Shown: positions 23,746-37,497, counted from the first letter of the stretch. The stretch is 57,931 nucleotides of DNA from Octopus bimaculoides (GCF_001194135.2 NC_068982.1:44048377-44106307), one strand, 5' to 3'. Program-made: numbers and translations. Notes: generated by a model not told the origin, from the letters alone.

Positions 23746-23995
23746 GGGCATATGGCATAGTGGTTAAGAGCGTGGGCTACTAACCCCAAGATTCCGAGTT
23801 CGATTCCAAGCAGTGACCTGAACAATAACGATAATAATAACATCGAAAAATACTTTAAGAATGAGAACCCAGGTTCGAAATTTCCCCAAGACACTTGAAG
23901 AAGGCTGGAGGGTATATCAGCCAAAACATGTTAACAACAAATATCCGTCAAATGTAAATAATGTACATTAATTCCTCATCTCTTAGATATAGAAC
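23746..23995 (+). mobile_element. tRNA-headed SINE-like element with a hammerhead-like 3' module
   Basis: A-box TGGCATAGTGG (23753-23763), B-box GAGTTCGATTCC (23796-23807), no acceptor stem. Downstream TGAAGA-A-GGCTG-10nt-CAGCC-AAAAC (~23896-23927). Confidence 0.7.
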
Positions 23996-24074
23996 TGTAA
24001 ACACTATAGGCTCCAGAGGTTAATAATGCTGTTCAGACGGCTCTGGCTATTATTTCTAACAGAAAGTGTAACAG

Positions 24075-24555
24075 CATGAAGGGTCCTTCAAACTTTTTTT
24101 TTTCTTTTGCATGGGGGCGACTTGCCTGGATCAATCAAATCCTACACTCCAGACGTACCGATTGATTGATGAGGCACGAACGTCTGGCTTAGGCTTTAGT
24201 CACATTGGACTTTTGCAAGCTGAAACATCTTACCTGAACATGTCACGACTACAGACGATAGCAGTAATCTGCTAACTGAACTGGTTGATTTTGGCCGGTG
24301 ACATTTTGTTGACAATTCATCATCTCAGCATCTTGTAGTGTTCACCATTTCTTCCATACGATTCATATGCCAAAATAGTTACATCTACCACGGTGCATAG
24401 CATGGTGCTCCTTCATTAGCTCAAGCCCATTTGGTAGTTAAGTTAACAAAGAGCAGTACCAATTGCGATATAAAATTTATCACCCGTTCTTTATGTCGGT
24501 AGATTGACTGCTCACTCACTCAAAGACGATTGAATCAGTCATTCTGAATAAACTA
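24075..24555 (-). mobile_element. Possible internally deleted mariner remnant
   Basis: TIR-like GAAGGGTCCTTCAAA at ~24078 and a weak minus-strand ARR..VPHQ resemblance to the mariner WVPH motif. Heavily decayed. Confidence 0.35.
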
Positions 24556-24719
24556 ATTAAAACAATAGAAAAGAAACACATTCCGAAAGTATGCATTTAT
24601 TAATTAAATTATACATCATATATAAATACATTTTACATATTTACATACAAACACACACACACACAAATATATATACACACGTACATATATCTATATACAT
24701 AAACATGTGCATGCACGCA

Positions 24720-24726
<7 letters not shown>

Positions 24727-24804
<78 letters not shown>
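24727..24804. repeat. (TA)n microsatellite (longest of many TA/CA/GA/TATG/TTA tracts in the window)
   Basis: Uninterrupted TA run seen directly. Confidence 0.95.
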
Positions 24805-24805
<1 letters not shown>

Positions 24806-25925
24806 GCACACACACACACACACACTAGTATACTTAATCATACATCTAAGGTGTCTGCAAATCAAAAAAAGTGCTGAATGTATTTGAGGGCAAAGTGTGT
24901 AGTTTTATTTTTCAATGCTTATTTACAACTTGGATGACTTTTCATCTGGTGGACAGCAAAGCTGCAACCAGGATCCTTAAGAGTACGACGTAATCTATTT
25001 TCTTATATTCCAAGGATTGTGGTAGCAGGTATACTATCAAATGGATGAAATATCTTCAGAGCAACCTTTAAATATTATGTATTATATATATATATATATA
25101 TATACACTTCTGCTTCTTCCCACTAAATAAACACAGATATGCCTACATCCTACATAACTCACTTGACCTTCAGACTGGTTAAAAGAGAAAAACATCCCAC
25201 TGTGGTTCCTCCACTAATGTTATATCACCTGAAGAAATGAATCAATGATGATGATGATCAACCAGATGGCTACAGATACTACGGACTTTGGATTGTGATC
25301 TTAAAAATCATGTGATTTGTGGAAACACGTGTAACAACGCATTAAATGTTTATAAATTCCATCCTAGGGATATTATTATTATTATTATATTTATGTTATT
25401 ATTATTATTATATTATTATTATTATTATTATATTTATCCTATTCTATATCAGTTTCACTTGATGCAACACCAAAAAACTGGCTCAATAGTCAGCATAATT
25501 AGACGGTGGCCGGCATAATGGAATAGGAGTGTTATTTGCATATTTAAAACACTTCCCATAAAGAAATTTAAAGGATATATATGTGTGTGTGTGTGTGTGC
25601 ATGTGGAAGGTGGGCACTGATGAGGTGAAATGCATGACTGCATAATCTATATTTGTTATGTAATTATTTCAGCATTTAGGTGAAGCGCACCTATGTCCTA
25701 TGAAGCTTTGAATATCACACCTGTTTTCTGCTTATTTCTTAATTGCAGAGAAACAGATGTAGGTGTACATGTGTTGTATGTATGCATGCATGTATGTATG
25801 TATGTATGTATGTATATATGTATATATATATATATATATATATAAACTTACTTGGAAATGGATGCGTGACATTCAATCATATAATATAAATNNNNNNNNN
25901 NNNNNNNNNNNNNNNNNNNNNNNNN

Positions 25926-25960
<35 letters not shown>

Positions 25961-27032
25961 CATATATATATATATACATACACATATATATATATAACAA
26001 AGTAGGATATACATTTATAGAGTAATAATTGTTTTCAGGGATGCTGGATCTCGAAGCAAATAATAGTGTATAAATATTGGGTTAAAAACTGTTTAGATAG
26101 GCTGTCCGTGGAACATTTGGGCAGCTGTCTACATTTTGTATCTAAAGAGATTTTTAACCCAATATTTATAAGCTGATATATATATATACCTTTTTCACTT
26201 CGAGATTCACCATTTCAATTCACACACACATACATTTATATACGCATGTGTGTATACATATGTATATGAATGTATATAATATAATACACAAATACACACA
26301 CAACTTATGGTTCCGCTTAGCCACAGCAATGCAAGTATCCAGTTGTTAGAACACGATATAGTTATACTTCACAGTAAACCATCAAGTCAGAACAAAGAGT
26401 AATATCATTTAATGAATGACCAAAGAACAGGGATTACGTAGACACTTTCATTAGCTTACAGTTGTTTCTTCTGTAAGTGCACTAATGAGATTTCATAACT
26501 CTTGTTCTTTTGTCATTCATTTAGTGATGTACGTGTGTGTGTGAGAGAGAGAGAGACAGACAGACAGACAGAGAAAGAAAGAGAGAGAGAGTGTGTGCAA
26601 TAAATAATTATGCAGGGGAAAAATATATCCTCAGGTTTTTAACGTACCGCTAATCTCCAAAATATTATTATTTCAAAGCAAACAATAGCAATTGGATATT
26701 GTTAAACTTTAAAATTGGCTAAAACGAATGCTGAGAGCAGAATGTTTGGAAAAGTAGAAAACAAATGATCCTAATTATAATACGAAAATTTCACCTTTTT
26801 CCTTCTCTACAGCTATTTCCATGACTCAGGGGAAAACATTATCAACTATACAATAATTACAAATTAATTGTAATGATAAGATAAATTTAAAGAAATGATA
26901 TAAAATTCATTTCTTCAGGATATCAACATAATGGATGAGAATATCACACCAAAACTTTAAGATTAAATTTTAAAACAACAAAAATTAAGCGTAATAAGTT
27001 GAAATTGTTGATTAAATGGGATTGCTGCCAAG

Positions 27033-27790
27033 TTCTACAAGGTAGGGATGAGAATTAATGTTGCAAAGACTGAGACGTTGGTTTTCTTGCGAAAGTCTTT
27101 CCAGGGCACTCTGATGTAAGTGGAGCATCACAAAGACAAGAGGGGTTCTTTTGAAGAATTTCTGGAAGAAATTTACTCGACAGGATGCATTGGTAGGGTA
27201 TTAGGGAGTCTCTTCAGGTTGAGCTCCTCCTTTGCATTGAGATATCACAGTTCCTGTACTATGATTAAATGAAGGCACATGGCCCAGTGGTTAGAGCATC
27301 GGGCTCACAATCATGAGGTAGTGAGTTCGAATCCCTGATTGGGTTGTGTTCTTGAGCAAAACATTTTGTTTCATGTTGCTCCAGCTGTAGAAATGAGTTG
27401 CGATGCTACTGGTGCCAAGCTGTATCAGCTTTTGCCTTTCCCTTGGACAACATCGGTGGCATGGAGAGGGGAGGCTGGTATGCATGAGCGACTGCTGGTC
27501 TTCCATAAACAACCTTGCCCAGACTTGCACCTCAGATGGGAACTTTCAAGGTGCAATCCTATGGTCATTCATAGCTGAAGGGGGTCTTTTACTATGGTTA
27601 AGCAATTAGAATGTCACAGGAAAGAATCATAAAACAGGAGACCTAATGGTAAACCAAGAAAGAGATAGTTGGATAATGTCCATAGTCTCGGTTATGTTTG
27701 GGAGTTCAGCCGGAAAATCTAATAATGGTTGTTTCTGATAGAACCCTATGGAGAAGCCTGAGGACTCTACCATCAAGACCCAGGAATAGT
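27033..27790 (+). mobile_element. Decayed RTE-like LINE RT/C-terminal fragment split by a SINE
   Basis: FYKVGMRINVAKTETLVFLRK, ELLLCIEISQFLYYG* (SINE inserted here), RMSQERIIKQ, GKPRKR*LDNV, SDRTLWR. Confidence 0.65.
27271..27589 (+). mobile_element. tRNA-headed CORE-like SINE
   Basis: A-box TGGCCCAGTGG, B-box GAGTTCGAATCC, GTGTTCTTGAGCAA block. TSD TACTATG(A/G)TTAA at 27257-27268 and 27590-27601. Confidence 0.85.
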
Positions 27791-27994
27791 GAATGAAGAA
27801 GACTGAATGATGGCCGGATTAAATTGACAGATAAAAATAATACAATACAAATTGAGAAATTATTTAATTAGAAAAGAAAAATATAGCTATATATTTTATT
27901 TTATTTTAATACTGCGATCTTTATTGCTTCGTTTGTATGTATGTGCATATATATACATGCGCATCTTTGACTAGCTATGTCTGCAAATGTGTAC

Positions 27995-28048
<54 letters not shown>

Positions 28049-29359
28049 CCATTTGTATATAAGGCTTATTTTATATACAATATAGTGTATATTGTATACT
28101 TTACTTAATTTAACTTTTGTAACTATGCCAACTGCTTTCTTTACTACTTAATACATGGATACATGAACTAGAGAGCTATCAGCACACTTATTCTTTGGTT
28201 AGGTCAACTTGGCTTGAATGCCGTTATGGTCTCTCACTTTCTCTCTCTCTCCTTCTTCTCTCTCCCCTTCTTCTCTGTATTTTCTAATTGTATCTTTATC
28301 ACTATATTTTATTCTCTCTCTCTCAGAGCGTAGGCTCAAAAAAGTGAAAGACTTTTCCATTTTCCCCGAGCATCAGTCAGCTTAATACACTTACTTATAG
28401 TTCCCTCATCTGTCTTGTACATTTGAACCACACACACATATATATTTTTACATATATTCTCCTTCTATATTGACAACAGCAACGGTGATTCGATTTTCGT
28501 ATTTCAAAAGTGTTCTTGATGAAATGACTTTCACTTTACATGCAACTAAATTTATTAACAATAATTAATCTTTGTAATTACCAGATGGTTGATAATGTTT
28601 TCACACGAGTCATGGAAATGGCTGCAGAGTTAAACAAATGAAATCTTTGAAATATCATGGAGATCAAATATTTTCTGTTCTGCCATATTTATGTGTATAT
28701 ATGTGAGTGCATGTGTACATTTGTATGTATAATATTGTAATATTGCACCAATGTGCATACATTCATAATTTTGAAGATTCCTATGCTGCATGAAGAGCAA
28801 AGTATATTCTTGAAAGATCTAGCAAAGTATCAAATTCGCAATTGAATATTGTTATAAAATAGTACTACTCAGGTGTCAAAGTCAGAGTGATATCCACTGG
28901 GCAACTGAAGATGGGAATGTATGTTTGGTATGCTTGCTTGAAAATCTTGGAGTATCTGTATTGTGAATTATTCTTCATTCTCGTAAAGATGAACATGTTT
29001 TTGGTTCATAGTTTATGGAGATTTCACATACTGATATTGCTTGACTAACTTCATGGATAATCTTACAAGGTTAGGATAACAATTTGTGGTTTCTAGTTTT
29101 GGGAGTTGCTGTGGTGTATGTGTTTATATTTATATATTCAAATATGAATGAGAAGCAGCCCGATGGATATAAACAATATTGAACACACATACACAAGGTG
29201 ATGTGTTTTGCCAGTTTGTGGGCAGGCTGCGATTCTCTTGCACCTATAAATCGCAGCCTGCCCACGAATCATCAAAACATGTACCTTGCATATGTGCATT
29301 CGATATTGCTTATATCCTATATATATATATATATATATATACACATACACACAGCATTT

Positions 29360-29515
29360 TCCCACAGTTTCCATCTACAAAGCCCATCCATAAGGCATTG
29401 GTCAGTCAAGGGTTGTGACAGAAGATACTTGCCCAAGGTGTGTTATGAAGTGGAACTGAACCCGAAACCACGTAATTACAAAGCTAGTTTCTTCACCACA
29501 CTGCCATGCTTTTAA
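29360..29515 (-). mobile_element. SINE family A 5' half
   Basis: Reverse complement of the family A head (CAGTTTCCATCTAC...ACTTGCCCAAGGTG...GAACTGAACCCGAAACCAC). Confidence 0.7.
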
Positions 29516-30264
29516 TTTCTTAACTATATTTTCTTCATTTTAAAAACGTCTAACATTTAAATTTGATTTTATTTATTTGAATTTAAATCTTAAATTTCAC
29601 AATCAACACTTACCATAATGAAATAATGCATCGGTTTTAAAAAGCAATCGTTTCATAATCACCAAATTAAATGATTAACAAAGCTCACCAGCTTAACTGG
29701 ATACTTTATATTAAATAAACGTGGGTTTATTGTTAATCTTATTAAGATTCTGGACAGTTAAAACTTTTCCTAAGATTTTAAGTGACCCCTTCCCACCAAA
29801 AAAGCACGTCCCAATTACCTTCTAATTACTATCACACATTACATTGTTGAGATATAAATACATTAATGCAAAATTAATGAATTTGTTTGGTTTCTGGATT
29901 AAATATACGCACCCACCGTTCTAAATTCCCAGAATTCAGCATTCTGTACATTCTAATCCTTTCCCTGAATTGCCATATGTCGGTAAATTTTTTGGTGGCA
30001 TATCATCGAAAAAAAATATTCAAAGGTGTATACTTTAATGATTATTACTTTGTATTTTATTATAGTTCTTATTAGTGTATTTACTTATTAAATTTTTCTG
30101 TATGTGACTGTGGATTTTCATGGATGAGTTCATGAACTTTGGTTCTTTTTTCTAAATTATATATTTATATATCATATACTGTGAAACTTAATTTAATTTT
30201 AATTTTTGATAAATTGAATTTAATTGAGTTTTTACCTGTAAATTTGGATTTTTATCCCTAATAT

Positions 30265-30321
<57 letters not shown>

Positions 30322-30629
30322 TAATGCATATACATGTACTTACACGAGTTATAAATAATTACATTACGCATGTATTACATAAATATTTGTATATATTTAC
30401 ATATACACACATATATTATACACTATATTTTATACATATACATTACATATATATTATATAAATTATATATGTGCGTGTGTGAGTGCATGCACGCGCATAT
30501 TGATTGCATTAAGTTTTCTTCTAAAAAGACAATTTCATTACTTTAAGTTTCTATCAAACTTAAAATAACGTAATAGTATACACTGCAATATATATTAAGT
30601 ATTGTTTGAGAGAGAGAGAGGGAGAGGGA

Positions 30630-30676
<47 letters not shown>

Positions 30677-31230
30677 NNNNNNNNNNNNNNNNNNNNNNNN
30701 NNNNNNNNNNNNNNNNNNNNNNNNNNNNNNNNNNNNNNNNNNNNNNNNNNNNNNNNNNNNNNNNNNNNNNNNNNNNNNNNNNNNNNNNNNNNNNNNNNNN
30801 NNNNNNNNNNNNNNNNNNNNNNNNNNNNNNNNNNNNNNNNNNNNNNNNNNNNNNNNNNNNNNNNNNNNNNNNNNNNNNNNNNNNNNNNNNNNNNNNNNNN
30901 NNNNNNNNNNNNNNNNNNNNNNNNNNNNNNNNNNNNNNNNTAATTTTTTTTTTTTTTTTATCCACGAACGACTTTTAACAATGAAAATACTTTCCATGGC
31001 ACTCAGCGGGTGCAATCAAACGGAACACTGACCAATGCATTTCCATAAAATAATAATAATAAAAATAACAATAATAATAATAATTTGAAGAAAGAAGAAA
31101 AAAAAACATAATAATAATGGTTTAAGAGATCACATATCTCCGTTATTGACATCATGATTGCCATTATCGAGAGTTGCAAGAGATATCACATTCTCAGTAA
31201 TTAAATATATCCCTTCACCAAATTTTCCTT

Positions 31231-31265
<35 letters not shown>

Positions 31266-31519
31266 CATAAGGCACAAAATCCAAAAGATATGTCATTGTT
31301 TTTCTTTAACAATAGCTCCCATACTATAACTGGTCTGGGCACCTGAAAATAAAAATAAAATGATGTTTATTATAGCAAGGTCAGGAATAAACAAGGCCAG
31401 GAATAACAATAACATTGTGTAACTCGGCTTTTATCCTTGGGCAGTAACTGCTATTTCTTATTTGCTTACTCCTAGAAAGTATGAAAAATGGTTAATATTT
31501 CCTTCAAACTTTGCTTTTA

Positions 31520-31685
31520 TTACATTTATTCAAACCTCAAAGAATCCCTTTCAACATATGGTTGGGATGCTCCTCCCACTACTCCTGCTCATGATCAGAG
31601 ATGCACATATTGTCGGTCACTAAGGGACATGCGCAAGTGTTTAAGGTCAAGCAACTGACAAAAATGTGGTAATGAACAGAGTATA
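31520..31685 (+). repeat. Interspersed repeat (GATCAGAGATGCACATAT family)
   Basis: Homologous in opposite orientation to 32190-32390. Confidence 0.75.
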
Positions 31686-32189
31686 AATATAATGAAAAAT
31701 AGGTCAGTTTCACAACATTGATGTCCAGGTAAAAAAAAAAAAAAAAAAAATTCAAAATTTGAAGGGAATAGCAGTCATTTCATTTGGTTTCTAAATAGAA
31801 GCATATAGGAAATAACGTCTACTAACCAAAAACAAAAAAAACAAAAAAAACAAAAATCTAAATTTTATTACACAGTGTAATATTACTAGATGGCAGACAA
31901 ACATTTTAGCTACATATCAGGAAACTCCAAAGTATAAGAACAACAAAAAATTGTTCTGATGGGTACTGCCTATATCCTATGGAAAATAGAGTCAACCTGA
32001 AATTACTTTTTAAATTGTTTTAAAACTCTTTCAATAGAATCTTGGTTCTCAGAATCTGATCTCCTTTCCCTACGATGTATCATTACTGATCATAAGTAAC
32101 ACACAACTTGCTGTTATTTGAGGTCTCTGACTGAGACATGAGGCAACTTGTGTGGATAATAATAATAATGATGATGATGATAAAAATAA

Positions 32190-32390
32190 TATGTCATGGT
32201 ATAAAAGATGGGCTACAGCAAATATTCTGCTCAATACCACAGATTTGCTTGTCAGTTGTTTGACCGTAACCAATTGAGCATGTCTCTTAATGGCTGATGA
32301 TATGTGCATCTCTGATCATGAGTAGAAGTAGTGGGGGAGCATCATAGCCATGTGTTGAGAGAAATTCTTTGGGTTTTGGATAATTCACAA
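32190..32390 (-). repeat. Same interspersed repeat, inverted
   Basis: ATATGTGCATCTCTGATCATGAG...GTAGTGGG is the reverse complement of the 31.6 kb copy. Confidence 0.75.
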
Positions 32391-33329
32391 TCATACTGTA
32401 CCATATTTATAGGATGAAAATTAAACAAAAAAAATGTAAAGCACATGATTTCATTTAACAGATACAGGTACAAATTAATACAGTTAGCTGAGTGTGTTTA
32501 ATCTTTATCAATCCACTTATAGTAAAGAACAAAACTGTTTTAAACACTCCATATGCAAATGAATCGACTTTAAAATCAGGGTTTGTTTACTCAATACAGA
32601 ATATTGTATATTGCATGGTATTGCACAATGTTACCAGGTTTCTGGAAATTTTGGATTTCCGACGAATTTCCGGAAAATCTGGATTTCTGGAAACCGGATA
32701 AAAGGTTAGGCACTGTATAATGAATGATTTCTAATTTATGTACGAAGTAAGACATCAGCGGGGAAGGAAAACCGATTGTATTGACCCTGGTACTTGACTG
32801 ACAATTACTTTATTGACCCTGAAAAGATGAAAGGCAAAGTCGACCTCAGTGGAATTTGAACTCAAAGCATAGAGGGGACAGCAAATAATAGCACGTCATG
32901 ATCAGTGGGATTATTTGATAAATGTCACTATGTCACTTTTAGAATAAATTAGTAAGATATAATTTATTTCCTTTTTCTTTGGTATAACCTTTTACATACA
33001 TACATACCGTGTGTGTGTGTGTGTGTGTGTGTGTGATATGATATAGAGTTGTTGTTGTTTAGCAACGAAGTCAGCCCCGATCAAGCAGACCTATTTATTA
33101 TCAGAGGCATGCATGTAACCATTCTGTTTTTTGTTGGCAGACAGTGTTGTTATCAACAACTGAATAATCAAATGTGTACTTCCTCTTTTGAAGGTGTGAT
33201 TCTTTTCTTTTCTTTTTTTGTAGTGGAGGGGGGAGGGATCAGTCCCTGTATGGATAGCGTGTTGGGTTCACGATCATAAGTTTCTGGCTCCCATTCCTGA
33301 ACACTTGCCTTAGTGATGCTCAACATACA

Positions 33330-33750
33330 GCAGAGTGCTCTGGGAAGATTTTCGCAAGAAGACTTCAACCCTTTTCTTCTTCAAATGAGTGTCAACTGTC
33401 GAGGAACCCACTTTGCACATAATTTCCTATATACAAAGTCTTCGAACATCTGTAATGCACTGTGACCACAATTCAGTCATGCAGCAAGCTTAGGGATTGT
33501 GATTCATGCGTTTGCACAAAGTAATTCGCCCACTCGCTGGTGATTCCAGTCAGTGGTTGCAAATAATGGTTTCCCACTGCATAGCTTGGCCTAATGCTGG
33601 CCGGCTTCTCTTTTAAATCTCCTCATCCATCTGTACACACTGCTCGTCAATGGTGTTATTTCCGCAAACAATGTGTAATTTTCTGTGGCTGTCGGACAGC
33701 TTACTCCTCCTTTAGTCAAGAACTCAATGACAGCATGTTGCTTCTACATA
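33330..33750 (-). pseudogene. mariner transposase N-terminal remnant
   Basis: Minus frame KQHAVIEFLTKGG...SVYRWMRRFK...YRKLCAKWVPRQLT (WVPxxL motif near 33390-33410), with internal stops. Confidence 0.82.
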
Positions 33751-34979
33751 AAACCTATTCTTTGTTTTCAAGGAAGAACAAGAAGAGTCACTCTACCGAT
33801 ATGTGCAATTTGAACGACCTATATCTACTATAATAATATTGTGCTTTTCTCTGTCACAACATATGAATGAGAAAGGAAGGGGTGATGGCAAATTGGTAGT
33901 GGGAATGTTTCAACTCTGTGTGAGTATATGTATTTCAACTCTGTATGAGTATATATGTGTATGTGTGTGCATGTACCATGTGAATGTTTGAATGTGTGTG
34001 CATGTACCATGTGAATGTTTGTATGTGTGAAACAGCGTTCTTTCAGTAACAAATGATGATCGATGTCACATCTCAAAAGACAACCACTAGATAATATTGA
34101 CAAGAGTACTAATTTGATTTACTATCCATAATTAGCTGTCATTTTTGACGGCACGGGGTCAGCTAGTCTGTTAATGAAAATAAAAAAAAACATTAAACCC
34201 ACTTATGCATTACTATCGAGAACAATGCTCGTACATACAGGCAAAAATTATCCAACTAGAGTTAACTATTTATATTATTCTTTCAAATGTAATGCTTATT
34301 TATTTACATTTTTTTTCAAAAAATTAAACATGCATTATCTTGAAGCCTCAAAATTTCAATGATGCGATTATTTATTTTTAAAATTACATCTCAGGGTTGG
34401 TGTGAGATGCCAAATCTGGTCTGCTTGAGCATAAAACAGGTAGAATATTTTGGCCTGATATGGCCGGATTAAAAGCTAAAGGATTTAAGAAACAGCCTTT
34501 GCGTGACTCGCTCGGGTTGCTAGAAATAGCAACGAAATCTCTTTAACCAAATCACACCCCTATCATGTGATACAAGGGGAGATGACATACATTAGATGCA
34601 TATCATTAATAGTAATCAGTTATCGGAGCAGACATTAGGAACTTGGAGCGTAGTTAGCAACACCTATGCAACATATACACACAACCAGCTCAAAAGAGGT
34701 CGGCTTCAGAGACGAACCAGCGAGATGTATGAGAAGGAGGAGGGGGGAAGAAGAAGATGATGATGATGATGATGATGAAATAAGAAGAAAGTATAGTGAA
34801 GGACCGGTGGTGGATTTATTATTAATTGGCATGTTGTGGTGGAAGTAGCAGTGCAGCCTTCCTCAGCTCACGTCATGAAAAGTTAGAAGTTAGTAAAATA
34901 AAATAAAATAAAATAAAATAAATACGCCACCCAGTCGGACTATACACGGACTGCACCCGAAGCTACTGAACAACAATTG

Positions 34980-35014
<35 letters not shown>

Positions 35015-35479
35015 CACTCACGCCCGTGCTATCACACCGATATCTTTCCCTTCCCTATCAACCCCGAACACGCATACAATCACTACACACACACACATAC
35101 ACACACAGTGGCCTACTGGCATTGCCAGCCAGTGAGATCGCTGCACTATTTAAAGCAGCATTACTATACCAAAAACCAATAGCAGACAGCTGCGTGTGCA
35201 ATTACAGCAGTAACAACAACAACAACAACAACCAGTAGCAGCAGTGGTAACTAACATCAGCTTTTTTTAATGATGCTGGTGGCATTCGTGGTGTTGGTGG
35301 AGATGGTGGTGGTGTTGGTGGAGATGGTGGTGGTGTTGGTGGAGATGGTGGTAGTGGTGGTGGTGGTATTGGCTACAAAATGACGTTAGATCAGAGGAGA
35401 AACTTTACCCGTTTGTAGACTGTTTACATTCAGGCTGTCCCAGCTTAAATTATGCATCTATATTATTCAATAATGAATT

Positions 35480-35519
<40 letters not shown>

Positions 35520-35522
<3 letters not shown>

Positions 35523-35900
35523 TCATCATCATCATCATTGTTTAACGTCTGCTTTCCATGCTAGCATGGGTTGGATGACTTGACTGAGGAATGGTGGACC
35601 AGGTGGCTACACCAGGCTCCAATCTGATTTGGCAGAGTTTCTACAGCTGGATGCCTTTCCTAACGCCAACCACTCCGAGAGTGTAGTGGGTGCTTTTACG
35701 TGCCACCTGCACAGAAGCCAGTCAGGCAGTACTGGCAACGGCCATACTCAAAATGGTGTATTTTATGTGCCACCTGCACAGGAGCCAGTCCAGCGGCACT
35801 GGCAACGATCTTGCTCAAATGACTTTTCACGTGCCACCGGCACAAGTGCCAGGAACGCGAAGCTGCGGCACAAGTGCCAGGAAAGCGACGCTGGTAACGA
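35520..35900 (-). mobile_element. RTE-tailed retroposon with internal repeats
   Basis: (CAT)n followed by the reverse complement of the 17690-18230 family. Confidence 0.8.
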
Positions 35901-36863
35901 TCACCACCAACAGTAAACAACATGAAACATGAAAATAAATGAGTTTAATACGCAAACAACGAGAGAAACAAATGGAAAACAGGACAAGTAACATAAAGAA
36001 CAACCCTTCATCAGTTGTCAGCTGTCTATCTACTCCTCATTTTGAGCATTGAACAACAATATGAGTCTTTGAAGACAGTTGCTCCCATAAGTACCAAAAT
36101 AAAATTTGGGATTTATGGAGGGTGAAATTTGGGAACAAAAACAGGACAGTGGACACATACAAGGAAACCGAACGAAAACAAACATGGAAGGTCGTTAGAC
36201 CAGAACAAGGGTGAAATAGCGAACGCTGGAGAAATATTTTCTTTGAAAAGAGAAATGATAGAAGAGAGAGAGAGAATACATCTGGTCCTTAGGACAGTCC
36301 TGAAGGAAAAGAAAGATGGATGATAGTCATGTGTGAGCAATGAGAGAGAGAAAGGGCAAAAGAGTGAGAGAGAGAGAGATATAAAACAGTGAAGGGGTGA
36401 AAACAGTATAGAGTCGCATCAAAACGATTAAGATAAACTTACTTGAAACTGGATGCATGGCGTTCAATCAAATAATAATATAAATAATATATATATATAT
36501 ATATATATANNNNNNNNNNNNNNNNNNNNNNNNNNNNNNNNNNNNNNNNNNNNNNNNNNNNNNNNNNNNNNNNNNNNNNNNNNNNNNNNNNNNNNNNNNN
36601 NNNNNNNNNNNNNNNNNNNNNNNNNNNNNNNNNNNNNNNNNNNNNNNNNNNNNNNNNNNNNNNNNNNNNNNNNNNNNNNNNNNNNNNNNNNNNNNNNNNN
36701 NNNNNNNNNNNNNNNNNNNNNNNNNNNNNNNNNNNNNNNNNNNNNNNNNNNNNNNNNNNNNNNNNNNNNNNNNNNNNNNNNNNNNNNNNNNTTTAATTTT
36801 AATTTTTTATAAATTGATTTTAATCGAGTTTTTACCTGTAATTTTGGATTTTGTCCCTAATAT

Positions 36864-36901
<38 letters not shown>

Positions 36902-37054
36902 CAAATGATATATAAGCATATGCATGTATACATACATATATGTACATACCTACATCTACATGTATATATAGATGCATATCCAGGTACAGGACATTAGAAA
37001 AATGAACGGGGACATAAAAACAAAACGGACTTTGTTTACAGACAACAGAACGAA

Positions 37055-37420
37055 CACATAGGAATATGTAACACACTGCCCACACTATCTTGAGAAATTA
37101 AGCTTCGCAAGACCAGAAAGGAGAAAGCTAATTCGAAGATTACAGATTTAAGCCATCACTGGAACTGAAATTTTTTAAAAAACTTTCCAGAAGTTTAGCA
37201 TATAAGTAGATATGAGCACGTCTAGACATGCAGCTATATGCATGAGAATATATATTTATATATGAAACAAGAGATACAAATCTGCACATGCACTGACTTC
37301 AAATACTGTTCATATACACACAAACGTGCACAAATACCCTGCTGATGAAATTCCAAAGAAGGAACTTTGGCCCTAGGTTAGAAACTAGATCTTTCTTGAT
37401 TGACAAGAAGTCTTGAAATA
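37055..37420 (+). mobile_element. REL-type retroelement extreme 3' end and 3' UTR (copy A)
   Basis: GATATGTAACACACTGC/CTTGAGAAATTA...CCAGAAAGG blocks shared with copy B; ends at AAGAAGTCTTGAAATAA. Confidence 0.65.
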
Positions 37421-37497
37421 ATATGCTACCTACCTACTTACATGTGTGCCTGCCTGCATGCATACATGCATGCATACATACATACATACATGTGTAC

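Noticed and set aside
23746-23815. tRNA gene (ACT anticodon-like loop)
   Set aside because: The acceptor stem cannot form and the sequence continues as a repeat; it is a SINE head. The same applies to heads at 12505, 13793, 27271 and 41602.
32638-32700. Clustered TTTC(C/T)GGAAA palindromes as STAT sites
   Set aside because: Spacing is TTC-N2-GAA rather than the canonical N3, and they more likely represent subterminal repeats of a decayed transposon.
35985-36020. Minus-strand CTGATGAAGGG motif
   Set aside because: No paired helix II followed by GAAA downstream. The CTGATGA hits at 25618, 39536, 43495 and 51711 fail for the same reason.
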